Part shown: positions 36,301 to 48,960 of the stretch, piece after piece | Numbering within the stretch: position 1 is the first letter of the stretch | Layout of the letters: each line of letters starts with the position of its first letter | NCBI RefSeq assembly: GCF_009834535.1 | Contig: NC_045696.1 | Span: forward strand, 112,594,001-112,658,000 | Source of the DNA: Camelus ferus | Lineage: Eukaryota | Direction: 5' to 3' | Length of the DNA: 64,000 bases | The notes under the pieces: model-generated | The model's input: only the letters and a program-made list of their open reading frames with translations | What the model was told of the DNA's origin: nothing | Database searches by the model: none | Program-made: the position numbers and the translations under genes

Positions 36301-38069
36301 TATGTACATTGCCTCCAGCAATCCTTTTCAGCCCATCGTGAATAAGAAACCTTGGTTTTTCTATTTGATACAAAAGGAGTCTAAAGCCCAGATGATGTGT
36401 GTCTTTCCCATATTCCTCCAGCTGGGCTGGAATGCTGTAAAGGCAGTGCCTGGATCCAGGTCCTTGGACACAGAATCCAAAAGTGTTGCTACGAAACCAC
36501 AGCAACACTCCATGCTGGGAATTTCTGGGAAAAAGGAAACCCTCCATCCACCTCAACAAAGGCAGCAAGTGGCCAAGAAGAGATGAAACTTCAACCCAGT
36601 GTTGGAATTCTAACTCTACCATGCCTTTACATGCTCACTTCATTTGCTACAGGGCAGGTAAACACTGCTGCTATGTGGGCAGTTACACATTCTGTCATTT
36701 TTAAATCCACAGCATGAATTGATGGTGGTGGATAAAATACTGGCTGCCCCAATCTAGAATCATGTAATAAGAACCCAAGTGCTTTAAATGCATCAGTCCA
36801 TTTAATCTTTACCACCACCTCTGAGCTCCGTGTTGATGATCCCATTTTGCAGGTGAGGAAACCGAGTCTGAATTCAAAGTCTACTTAGTTTGACTCATAT
36901 TGCTGTTTTCTCAACAATTACACCATCCTATCGCCTCTGTTCCTACCCAGCTGGAGATATTTATAAAAACCTTGTGAACCTCAAACTCAATCTGTAGAAT
37001 AAAATGTCTGGGCCTCCTTTCGCCCTTTGATACATTGTAAATATAAATTTTTCTTTTAAATCAGTGTTTTAAAAGGATATTCTCCCTATCCCTGAAGACA
37101 AATGTAATTTTCTACAGAGTGGGATCTGTGCATGGATTATCCAAACTGTCCCTTCACACTCCTTCAAATTCAGGGAATAATTCATCACATTTTTCCTGAT
37201 CCCTTTTGTTTGTGCAAACCTGAGGAGTATCAACTAAGAAAAAGTGGTATTCTAGACACTTGGGTAGGGTTAATCACTCTGGAAACACAATTATGGCATT
37301 AATTATCTCCCTGGGTTTTTTGGGGGGGAGGTAGGGGGTTTTTGTTTTGTTTTTTACTGTAGGTTAATAAAAGTAGATCATTAAGTCACACTGTCACATC
37401 TGGAAGCCCAAAATTTCCTAGCCTTAGTACCCTGGAACACTTTAACATCTTTCTCAATGCCAGTTCCTACGCGAGTATTTTCCACCATATTAAATACCTT
37501 TTTCACTCGCGCATGGACTTCACCCAGTATGAGTAAAACCGTAAATTGCTAACTGGCAGCCCATGTGCCAAATTTAGTCCCCCAATATATTAAGTTTGGG
37601 TGCTAAGATTATTTTTAAGTTTGCTTTAGTTGGCATTAAAAAAAAAAAATAACAACAACCCTGGAGATTTTACACAGATTTCCAGACCCACACAAAATTC
37701 CAGATTTCTAAACCATCATTTCAAGTCAGACATTTGTCAACAGGAGGCTGAAACTGCTTCGGAGCGAAGCCAGTACCTGGAACTGGGCCGCCTCTCTTCT
37801 TGACCCTGACCCCTGCAGGCCTTTGAATGTTCTACCACAGGACAAGAACATTTCCTTGTTTTCTCGAGCTTGCTTTTTGGAGGCCATGTCTCACAAAATT
37901 ACATAATCGGGTTTTGTTTTGTTTTGTTTTAGTACTGTCTGTAATCTGCAGTGGCTCTTATACAAGACGTACTAAAACAACAGCACGTTCTCCTTCCCCA
38001 AAAGTGGAGAGGGTTCAAGCCAACCTCCTTGCCAGCTCATCTGGTCTGTCTCAGTTGACAAGGATATTC

Positions 38070-38675
38070 CCAAGGTAGACAAAGTTCTGGCCCCTGCTGT
38101 CTAATGTCACTCCTGTGAACATATTACCTGACTTGGGAAAGGGGACGTTGCAGATGTAATTAAGGTCACTCATCAGCTGACCCTGAAATGGGAGAATATC
38201 CTGGATTATCTGCGTGGGCTCAGTCTAAGCACATGAACCCTTATGAAGCAGAGAACTTTCTCTGGCTGGAGGCCGGAGAGATATGGGGAAAGAGAGTCAG
38301 AGAGATTAGATGCGTGAGGAGGACTGAGCCCACTCTTGCTGGTTTTGAAGATGGAAGGGTCCATGAGCCAAGAAATGCCTCCAGAAGTTGAGCCTGATTC
38401 CCAGTTGACAGCCCACAAGGAAGTGAGGACCTCAGTTCCACAACCACATGGAACTGAATTCTCCCAACCACATGAGTGAGCCTGGAAGCAAATTCTTTCC
38501 AGATAAAAGCCAGGCTGGCCACCCCTGGATTTTGGGCCTTGTGAGACCCTAAGCAGAATATCCAGCCAGGCCTGCCTGGACTTCTCACCTACAGAGGCTA
38601 TACGATAATAAACTTGGGATGTTTTCAGCCACTAAGTTTGTGTTAATTTATTCAGGCAGTGATGGAAAACTAATA
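38070..38675 (+). mobile_element. MaLR MLT1 (D/E-like) solo LTR
   Basis: ttgcagatgtaattaagg...ggttttgaagatggaagg...aataaac...agccactaagtttgtg...gaaaactaata. Confidence 0.85.
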
Positions 38676-39369
38676 AAGGCCCCTTAGTCACCAGTGACCC
38701 TAGCAGGTGGCATTAGAAAGGCTCTGAATGCTTCGTCCATAGCGATCACCATTTCTCTGTTGTCAATCATTAACCTCATCCTTAATCATCTATGTTTCTA
38801 AGCCAAACTTATTGATTTGGAGCCTGCATTTGTTTTCTATCACTGCCGTAATGAATTCACACAAACCAGAAAATAAAGAGGCCAAAATTGGTACTGAGAA
38901 AATTAAGTAATGATAAATCACATGGAAATTGAGCCTCTTCAATTTAAGTTTTGTCAGAATGATCTCTTTTAACTATAACATTGAATGTACTGCTGTGTGA
39001 GGAATGCTCTCTACTCCATGTATGGCGTCTTCATTATGTCTTTTATCAAAAGAATCCTAGAATTATCATTGTATCAGTGAAACATTTGCTACAGGTTTAA
39101 AATGAAATGCAAAGTAGATTCACAGAAGCCACCAATCTGGGACCTTCTTTTGTTAAATCGTTTGTTTTTCAAAGAATATTTTAAAAGTAACCCTTATGCT
39201 AATAGTGAAAAAAATCTCCAGGAAGACAAGATCATGTATTCACACTATACACAACTATTTAAACTGTATGCTTCCTTGAGTATCATTTTCGGCACAGGAG
39301 AGGGGAGACAGAGGACCACATCACTCGGGGTTAAAAATCCAGAGGGTGTGGGATCTGTAATTAAACCTC

Positions 39370-40045
39370 CCCTCCCTCCAACTCTATGCTACATGTTTCT
39401 TTATAGAACGTTCTGTTATCTGAAATTATCGCTTCATTTGTCTACTTTACTGTAATCTATGTCTCCTAGTAGAATGTCAGCCACAAGAGGCCAGCAACTT
39501 TGCCTTCTTGTTCACTGATGGACAGCCAGCCTTTACATCAGTGCCTGGTACACAGTAGAGTCTCAATAAATACTTTATTAAATGAAGAATAAATAAATGA
39601 TGGAAACTCTAGGTTAGCATCCAGCAGTTCTGATATACTACTTTTATTCTCATTCATCCACTCACTAAAATGTCCCTATGCCTTTCCTTTCAAACCTTAA
39701 CTTTTCTAGTGTCTCCATTTAAACAGCAAGGGTTTCCTTCTTTATTTGTTCAAAAGACACCATTAAGCATCTTGAATCGTCCCTGGTTCGCTCAAGAGTC
39801 ATTCATTTATTCAACAAAATAGGCCAGAGGATGAGGTCAGAAGGATAACAGGGGGCAGATCATGAAAAGCCTCCTGGGCCCCTGCAAGGTCTTGGGTTTT
39901 TAATAAGAGAGACAATTAGGATGCTATGGGAGGACCCTCACAAGGGAAGTGTGTTATTCTGATTAACATTTTGAATAAGGCCAATCTAGCAACTATGTGA
40001 GGCGAGGATAGAAACAAGGTCACCAGTCAGGAAGCTGTTGGAAGA
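39370..40045. mobile_element. L2 fragments
   Basis: cagtgcctggtacacagtagagtctcaataaata; ggcagatcatgaaaagcc. Confidence 0.6.
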
Positions 40046-40759
40046 ATCCTGTTTTTGGACTGCCCTCTTTCTCATACAGTTCAAACTAGGTTGTGGAATG
40101 AGCTGCATCAGAATCCAGGCTTCAACTTGGAAGCCCGTGTAAGACACTCAACATCGATTGCCTCCTTCGTACTCAGTCCCTCCGCATGCATAGCATCCAT
40201 AGCATCTGCAAAGAATCAGAGAGACCACCTCCGCTTTCAGAAGAGAAGGTCCTGTTGTGCTCATTCCTTGGTCAAGGCTCATTTCACCTCCACAATGCCA
40301 TCATGTTTCTCTGCTGCTCAAACCTGGTGTTTTGTACCATTCAGTCTCCCTAAAGACAAATTATAGCATGTTTATTCCAAAATTTAAAAGTGAGTTGCCT
40401 TGGAAAGAAAGAAGAGGAAGAAGTCACTTATATCTCTTAAGGTTCTTCCAAAGCTATGACGCATAGGTCATCCCACCCTGAAAATCTCTCTGGTTTTCAG
40501 GCTTCCCCAGGAGCCACACTAGAGAGAGAGAGGAACATGGTCTGCTGTTACAATGCTTTCCTATGAAGGTCCTCACCCTAAGATTTACTCAGCTGACCTC
40601 CCATTACAGCTTGAGCCCACAGGACCAACAAATGCCATTCTTCCCACCCATATTTTCTTTGTGGTGTGTCCGTGTTAGAGCAGACACTATACTATGGCTT
40701 CCGGGAATTCCAGCTGCTACCTGTCACTATGAAGGTATTCACAGATGTAGCACCTGAGC

Positions 40760-40990
40760 ATTGCTGCAGCACAGAGCACAGCAGCTAAGAAGAACTGAGT
40801 TGCTGCCCCCGTATTTTGAGCCCTGCAACCTTTGATCAAGTAACTTAACCTTATTTAGTCTGTTTCCTCATTTGTAATGTGGGCCTACTAGGAGCGAGGA
40901 ATGCACAAAACAATATGTAACAAGCATTTAGCACAGTCTGGCACAGAGCAATCACCTCTGTACATATTAGTTACCATCATTTAAACCATT
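40760..40990. mobile_element. MIR
   Basis: caagtaacttaacc...gtttcctcatttgtaa...aagcatttagcacag. Confidence 0.7.
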
Positions 40991-42109
40991 ATTCTATTGT
41001 CATCATCACTGTGAAGATGGACATAAACACTACCCAAGCCCAGGAAGTAGGGATGCCACCTTTATATCACCTGGTGGTAAAGGCTCCTTCCTGGAAAGAG
41101 ATCATTCTAGAGTACGGTACTATGGATCCACAAATCATTTCATTAATCCCTTTCTTCCACCTCTTATATGTCTATTTGTTGACAGAGGGAAAACTGAGGC
41201 AAGAATGTTAAGGTTCTTGAGATAAGTTCCAAAGGATGAATGCAAAGAGTACTAAATACAAAAGGCAGGGGGCATGTGGTAGATTAAATCCTCTAATGGT
41301 TGTAATGGCCAGGGCAAAAGCTCATGTAGATCTCTCTGTGTTGTCTGTTTTTGCTTATCTAAGGATGGTGAAGAAATGCAATAAAAAAGATGAGGGACAG
41401 GAGAAAAGGAGAAGGAAAGGAAAGAACTAAGAGAAACTGAAGAAGTAAAAAGGAAACCCTGAAGGGGGAGGAAGGAACAGTGGAAGAGAAGAAAGAGGAT
41501 GAGAGAAGAAGACAAAGAGAAAGGAGAATTACTAACAGGCTTAGTTTACAGCCCACTGTAATCCAAAAAGAAAAGCCAAGGTCAGCAACATCAGACTTAC
41601 AGAGAATATAATGAACACTTGCAATTGAACCTTCCTTGCATTCCTGTGCTACTTTTGGAAATGAAAATGCCTCTATCTTTAGAAAATGCTACCCTGTTGA
41701 AGTAAAACCTTATTACTCATAAATGCAGTGACTCCAAAGAGAAGTAGACTCAAGGATGCCCATTTTGCTAAGAATGTGGCCTTCTAGCCAAAAGAGGGGG
41801 AGACTAGAAAACAAACAGTTCTAGAGCTGGCACCAATGGTACACCTCACTCCAGTTATTTTGCTTTCATTTTCTGTTTTTTGTCAAAAAAAAAAAAATCT
41901 GTGTACCAACACTTAATATGCTTGATGCTCAGTCTCTTAATTGTATTTCTAGATTAACCTTTGATTAACTGCACTCTGTTGGCCAAAAGAAAGAATAGAT
42001 TGTTCAAAATTATGATTACTTAAACTTACTTTTTAAACTTTCTTTATCGATAGAACTTCCTCTGGGTGTGGGACGGAGATATAAGAAGAGGGCCCAGGCT
42101 GGAGCCACA

Positions 42110-42890
42110 AGGTTGGACAAATGTCCAACCTCCATTCAGAGACAAGTAATGAAGGAGGAGCCGACTGAGAAATAATTAAAGCTTAATAAGGGAAACTGCA
42201 AATATATAGTGTCATAGAAGCCACCAAAGGCACTGGTGCCAAGAGAAACTAGCTTATGAACTAAAAGGGATGAATCAACTCTTTCAAATGCTCCAAGGCA
42301 TTGAGGAAAAATGTAGTTCACAGGGTCTGACCACACAGGGGTCACTGCTGATCTCAACAGATGTTTCCATAAGTGGTAGAGGGGGAAGCCATGTGGGTGT
42401 GGGATGGACGGTAAAGGGGAGAGGAAGTGAAGTAAGCTCACATAGACTAGCATCACCAGAAACTTGATGGCAGCAAGGAGCAGAGAAACGATGTAAGGGA
42501 TGCTGAGAAGTATCAGATCCAGGGTTTGTTTTGAAAACGGAAAGCATTAAAGCATGTTAACATGTCATCTTCACAACTCTGTAATCTAGAGAGTATGATT
42601 TCCCCCACTTACCCGATAAGAAAACTGAGGCTCAGAGAGATTTAAAACTTTAGCACAAGTTCTCACAGTGAGAGGCAGAGCTGAAAGCTGAACCCAATCT
42701 ATTTCATCCCTAGGGCAGACTGCCACTGGTTACATTTTACCTCATTTGTTTATCTACAGAACTGTCACCCTCACTTTCTAAGCACAGGGACTGAGTCTAA
42801 CTCATCTTTGAATCCTTGGCACCTAGTACAATATATCTGGTAGCTAATAATGGATACTTAGTAAATGCATGTCACAGAAATGAATGAAAT
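42110..42890. mobile_element. L2 and MIR fragments
   Basis: gaaactgaggctcagagag MIR core at ~42620, flanked by degenerate L2 sequence. Confidence 0.6.
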
Positions 42891-44992
42891 AACCAGCAGT
42901 CATATTTCACCCTTTACAACAAAGAAAAATTGAGAACTGCCCTAAAGAACAATGGTATAAAGAACAATAGAAATACAGAGAAATTGGGTGGCCTTTGAAC
43001 TATTGGGAATATAAAAGTGATAACAGAGAAACAGAGACTTTCTTTAAGGAAGAATATAATAATTTAACCCATATTCAAAACCTGCTTTGTTCACAGGATT
43101 GCAAAACTGTAAGAACTTGCCCTGATCTTTCACAATCACCAGTCTCCACGATAATGAACAGTTTGCTTGTCATTTACTCTTTCTTCCCCCTCTACACTTA
43201 AAATACATATGAGTTTCTTATTCCCACATGGAATCCATTCTCAGGTAATACCAATTTCATTGTGCTGTTCCACATAAGAACAGCATATTTGTATGGAAAG
43301 GAAAAGGTGCATTCAATCATTGTGATATTTTGTGTGCATGGCAAGAATAAATGGATTTTTTTTAAACATTCATATGATGGACTGATTCCTCCCAACCACT
43401 ACACGTTTGCTCAGCTGTTTTGCTGGCATGTTACTCCACAGCCCTTTATCATATGAGTAAAGCAGTTTCAGCAAGGATTCTAAGGTTAAAATAATTAATA
43501 ATAGCTTTAAAATGTATGAACTCTGATGTTTGTCTCAAAATGTTAATAACTTAAATTTCTGGGGAAAAAATTTTGTTTTGCACTTCCTTCAATAAACCTC
43601 TCCCTTCATTTCAGAAATTTTACCCTTTTAAAGTTTGAATAGAAAAAAAAAAAAAAGACTTTTCCAGATTAACAAAAATTGCTTCATGATGCAAGGTAGA
43701 GTACTTTGGTTGGGTTAACATTAGCTAGGAAAGAAATTTAGTGTCTGCCCATTAACTAATTACATATATATTGTTAAAAGTACTTGACCAAGTTAAATAA
43801 AATAAAGATGCCTAAAATAGGTTGAATTTGCATTCTGATTATTTCCAGCCAGTTTCTAATCCCACAAAGTTTCTTAAAAATCCTTATCATGCTTAATGTA
43901 AGGATTGCCTACTAGTATTCTCCCCCCCTCAGTAATTCTATAAGCATCAAGTATTTTTTTTCCTAAAAGGGATGTACTATACAATTTAGCAATTCATTTA
44001 TGCAAATGATGGTAAACAGAATTATAAAGACAGATAATAAACAGCAAATGAGGTTATTTTGTTTCACGCTTTATGTTGTCAGAGTTCTGAGCATGGTTTA
44101 GTGTTTTCTATTCATGACTTTATATTACCAAATTACTCCCTGATGGTGTCTCAGATGTGCTTTTGTCTGCAAATGAGAAGGAATAAAATACCAGGACATT
44201 AACGTTAAATTACAATCGTTAATGGCGTAAATACGAAAATAATTACTGCATCATACCATCAATTGTTATGTGTTCATTACCGAAGTTCTTGTAAAGCCTT
44301 CATTTTCTTGTTACAATTATTTTTTCCTTTATTTTTGTCTGGCTATTTTATAGTCCTGACAGTACTTTAGCAACATGCAGCAGTTACACAAGCCATTTAA
44401 TCCTACTCAAAGCTTCATTTAAACTTCATTTTAACTGCATTTTATTTGTGTATATATGCCTTTTACTTCTTTCTGACAGTCAAAAGGTACTTCCAGAGTA
44501 GGTGCTGGAAAGATGTGTCAAAGGAGATTATCTAAAACAAGCAATAAACTTGGGCGAAGGTTTCAGACTTACTTTAACATCGCTCACTAAAATACCTTTA
44601 TTAGCCAAACTTACTAAGTCCCCATCCTCTAAAATTTTAGCTTCCGCATCCCGCATCTCTTTTGAAAACTAATTTATAATTTTACAGCTAATAGGGCAAG
44701 GTGGTTTTAAAGCTCTGCTCTCTTCTTCCTCCCGCACGGTTTTTTTCTCCTGGGCCCCGCCTCGCTTTTCTCTGGCGTGTACCTCATCCTCCATTTACCA
44801 GTGTTTTCTCCCTAGCTGGCAGGAAAGAAACGACCCCCCCCCCCCCCACCAATACACACACACATATACACACACACCAGCCGCCTCGCCCTCGGAGGGT
44901 CGTCCAAGTGCACCCTTTGTCTGCTCTGCTCCGCTACCATCACTTCGCCTCTCGCCTGCCAGCTTTAGGCGGGGAGTGGCAGGAAAACTCAC

Positions 44993-45079
44993 ACCGCTGT
45001 CGCGAGCTGGAAGGGGGACCGGGGAGGCGGGGATGAGGCTCGGCGGGCGGTCCAGCATCCCTCGCCGCTGCGCGCGCAG

Positions 45080-45123
<44 letters not shown>

Positions 45124-45160
45124 GCACGCACGCACACACACGCAGTCTCCTGTCACCTGT
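44993..45160 (-). other. Candidate alternative non-coding first exon (1b)
   Basis: Donor GGT|GTGAGT (44992..44987) inside the CpG island; 5' boundary unknown. Confidence 0.45.
45083..45142. repeat. (CA)n(CACG)n microsatellite
   Basis: Direct reading. Confidence 0.95.
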
Positions 45161-46148
45161 TCGCTTTCAAAACCAGCTCTAGCACTGGAGAAAACTTATC
45201 CCCCCACCCACCTCCACCACTACCCTGGGAGTTCGCGTCCAAGAAGACAATCCCGTGCATAGTTCTCCCAAAATATCCGGAGGGGGAAAAGTGTGCACTG
45301 GGTTCGCTGCAATTATATATCTATACCCCAAGTATCTCCCTCTTCCTCTCTCTTTTTCGCGCATCTTCTCTGCAATTACACAGCCTTTTCCTGCTAATGA
45401 GCGTACACAACAAGCATCTCATCTCTGCTGACAGTCCAGGCTTGGAGCCTCAGCCCTGGAGGTACAGTCTCTCGGTACCGAGTCCCTCTGCCTGGCGCCA
45501 AGCCCTTAGCGCTCTCTCCAACTCGTGCCATGTGCTGCCGAGAGCTGCCGGCTCCCTAGCCCTAACCGAGGCTCCAAACTTTTTCTCGCCCTCTCTCCAG
45601 CCCCAAATCACGCGCATCCGGGAGGTCTGACAACCAAGCCCCGATCCCAGACCACACAGGGGAATGAGCGAAAAGCGTTGGCCGCGTGGGCGCCGGGTCT
45701 CGAGGTGCCCAGCCCTAGTGTGCACTGGGTCTGGCAGGGATGAGAAGGGAGCCTGGGTAGATCCGGCTGGCAGGTGCAACTTGCCAGGGACTCCCGGGTT
45801 CACGCCCTTAGGGGATCGAGGGTTTGGCCTGGTGAGAACAAAGCTGGAGTCCGGGGAGACTGTCAGACGCGAGGCGCTAAGACAATAGCAATAAAGGGAA
45901 CTTAGAGTAGGACCGCTGCGCAAAGTTGTCTACGAGTCCGCATGTCCTGGGATGACCGCAGGCTCCCGCTGCAGACCCAAAACCTCCCGCCCCGGCCCCG
46001 GCCCGGTGCACGCAAAACCCTGGCTCAGCAGCCAGGTTGCAATGCAAATGCCCTGGGCGCCCAGACCCAGTTTGGGGGCCGGACGCCCCGGGGCTTAGAC
46101 AGCAGCTGCCGGGCAGGAAGACCCGCCAGCGCGCTCTCCTGGCTTTAC

Positions 46149-46260
46149 CTTTCGGCGGGCTGCCTCGGAGTCCGCGGCGGGCTGCCTCGGAGTCCGCGGC
46201 GCGCCGCCCGCTGGCTGTGCCCTCAGCCCCTGCCGCGGCGGCGGAGAGCAGACAGTGGGA
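46149..46260 (-). other. Candidate non-coding exon 1 (1a) of the minus-strand gene
   Basis: Donor AAG|GTAAAG (46148..46143) just downstream (minus sense) of GC boxes at 46274-46302; TSS approximate. Confidence 0.55.
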
Positions 46261-46369
46261 GCCCGGCTCTCTGCGCCCCGCCCCCGGCACCAGGCCCCGC
46301 CCCTCCACGCTGCCCGACCACCGCGCGGAGCCGCACGGGCCCAGTGGAGTTTGCGCGCGAGCTGTGGCT

Positions 46370-46448
46370 ACCGCGGCAGCTACTGCCGCCGCTCCCGCTG
46401 CTGCCACTGCTGCGTAGCCGCCGCCGCTGCTGCTGCTGCTGCAGCTGC
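46370..46448. repeat. Interrupted GCC/GCT trinucleotide repeat
   Basis: gccgccgccgctgctgctgctgctgcagctgc and upstream degenerate units. Confidence 0.9.
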
Positions 46449-46534
46449 ATCCCATAGGCCAGGATGCCTCTGAATTGTCCAGGGGTACCCCCTCCCCAAC
46501 AAGCAAGCAAGATGATTGTAGGTGACCTCTAGAA

Positions 46535-46718
46535 CAAGTGAGTATGGGCTGTGCATTTGTAGCATCACCTGAGAGCTTACTAGAAATGCAAATTTCTGGG
46601 CCCCACCCCGGATCAACTGATTCAGAATCGCTAGGGGAGGCCTAGCAGTGAGTGTTTTAACAAGCTCTTGGGTCGATTCCAAGAATCATCACGCCAGTTT
46701 AACACTGGAGAAGCACTG
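46535..46718 (+). mobile_element. MER5A
   Basis: agcatcacctgagagcttactagaaatgcaaatttctgggccccacccc. Confidence 0.85.
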
Positions 46719-47959
46719 CTCTCTTGCTCAAGAACTAAGGGACTGATCAGACCAGGAGCCCACCCGGACGGAGGATTTAACTTGGCAGCGTTTGCGCAGC
46801 CAAAGAGTACCTCTGTGCCCTGGATGTCATTCATCTTGCTTTATTGACTGGGAAGTCTTTAGAGATAAACAGAGAGGGGAACGCATTTACTTCTGATCTG
46901 ACAGCTCTAATGAGCTCAAGGAAGAATTATGTAAACATTATTAACTGTAATAAACACGTGTCGGCACCAGGCAATCTTCTCTGGAGAAGAGTTGGCAAAA
47001 GCCTGCCAGAGCCAACGTTTTATCCATAATGTCTTTTTAACTTTATGTTGCCTGTGTAATAGGCCTTTGGCTTTGCTGTTGCCCAGACGGAAAATCATTA
47101 CCCCAGTAATGGATGAGCAAGTTCCAAAGGAGAGCCACCGGGAAGCTGAGCACTTCCATTCATGAATGCTGTGTATCAGAGACAGGGGGAGCCCTCTCCT
47201 GCCAATGTAGCTATTTTAATTACACGACTGTTGTCCAGGCGTCTTGTTTCAACTTCCCAAGGCATCACTTGGCTCAAACTCTAAGTACCCAACAGAAGTC
47301 ATATCACTATTGTGCTGGTAGTGAGTTCCCTGATCTTTTTCTCTCCTCTGCTTTCCAGAGCTTCAGGTATCATAAAACACCAGAGGAACTGATGACGGCT
47401 CACCAGGGGAGAACCCAAGGAGCTCCCTTGACTTCCACTGCTAGCTCCAGGAATCAGTTCTGGCTTTGCACCCTTATTTTGGGTAGATTTGGAAGCTGGA
47501 AGTCTGATTCCACAAGGAAGACCCGTCAGTGATATCCAGAGCCAGTGGACCTTCAAGAGCCCTCTTCTCTGCCCTCCTCGTATTCCCTTTTCATAAAAGA
47601 TGACAACCTGCGCTCAGCAGTAATAGCATTTCCATTTTAAGTAATGAAAGTGTGGGAGGGGAGCATTATTATCAAGAGGATTAGTCCATGAAAGAATCTA
47701 AAACAATTCAGCCTCCCCCCAAAATTCCATGAGTGCTGTGAGAGAAAGGACTTGAAATCTGGCATCACAGGGCTTATTCTAGATGGGAGATCAAAGAAGA
47801 AGGGGGGAAAAAAAGACAAAGAAAGAATGGAGGGAGAAAGGAAGGGAGGAAAGGAGACCAGGCAGGGAGGGAGAAAATGAACATAAACTGCTACTCAGGC
47901 CTTAGAAAGTAATCAAAAGGAAAACTGGGGAGAGATGGCAGAGTAAAGAGGGGATGAGC

Positions 47960-48455
47960 CTAAGTGCAGGTTCTCCAGAGAAAAAGAACCAACAGGGGGT
48001 GTAGGAGGTACAGACACAGATGTAGATGTGCAGACCAAGATGTACGCTAAGGAACTGGCTCACATGCTTACGGAGGCTGAGAAGGCCCACCATCTCCTGT
48101 CTGCAAGCTGGAGGCCCAGGAGAGCCCGTGGTGGAGTTCTAAGGCCTGAGAGGTGGAGAACTGAAGATGTAGGTTCCAGTTAGAGTGTGAAGGCCTGAGA
48201 ACTAGGAGCCTGATGGCAGGAGATGTTGGAAGTAAGTCCCAACTCCAGCACTCAGGCGGAGAGAGGACAGATTCTTTATTCCTCCACCCTTTTGTTCTAT
48301 TCACTCACATTGAGGAGGGCCTTCTGCTTTGCTCAGTCCCCCAGTTCAAATGCCAATCTCTTCCAGAAACACCTTCACAGACACACGTACAAGTCGTGTT
48401 TAATCAGAAATCTGGGCATCTAGGGAACCGGTGGAGTTGACACCTTAAACTATCC
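47960..48455. mobile_element. ERVL/MaLR LTR (MLT2/MLT1-like)
   Basis: ggttctccagagaaaaagaaccaacagg...ggaactggctcacatg...ctgcaagctggaggccc...aatctcttccagaaacacc. Confidence 0.75.
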
Positions 48456-48489
48456 CAAGGGCAGCAATGGGCTGAGCTACATTCTCACC

Positions 48490-48960
48490 CAACGTGTCAG
48501 GTTCCCAAAGAGCAGGCCCCGAATGGGGAGTTATGTGCCATTTACTAAGAAAGCGCTCCCAGGGGAAACCACTAAGGGAATGGCTAGCAGAACAAGGAAG
48601 AGGAGAAAGCCAAACAAGTGTTCAGAAGTCCCCCAGCGAGCTACACTTGGACTCATTCTGTAGCGAAGCTCTGGAGTTTAAGTTAAGCCTCTCAGTTTTC
48701 CCAAACTGACTCAAGAGAGCTGGACATTCATAGTACTTTGCTGGACAGTTTATTGGTTAACAGCCTCCCAGGGGGAATAAATCCCTTGGCACTTGGGTAA
48801 GCTCCAGTAACTTGAGGGCCATCCTTCAAAGAAAAGTCAAGTGTACTAGCTGTTGAAAGCAATGAACTCAGAAATTTGGAGGAGGTGGGATGTCACACAA
48901 AAATAGTGGAAAGGATTTGAGAGTATCTGAGCCGAGCACTGACTATGTCTGTTTCAGTGT
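48490..48960. mobile_element. Old ERVL-type LTR
   Basis: tgtcaggttccc...tttactaagaaagcgctcccaggggaaacc; family uncertain. Confidence 0.45.

Larger units (their letters stand above)
44700..46460. promoter_or_regulatory. CpG island / promoter region
   Basis: Abrupt rise in GC and CpG content against an AT-rich, CpG-depleted background; GC boxes (ggccccgccc ~46292, cgccccgccc ~46274). Confidence 0.9.

Noticed and set aside
45450..46682. Overlapping 95-209 aa ORFs on both strands
   Set aside because: Low-complexity Ala/Gly/Arg/Pro products typical of stop-poor CpG islands; several begin at non-ATG codons or inside MER5A
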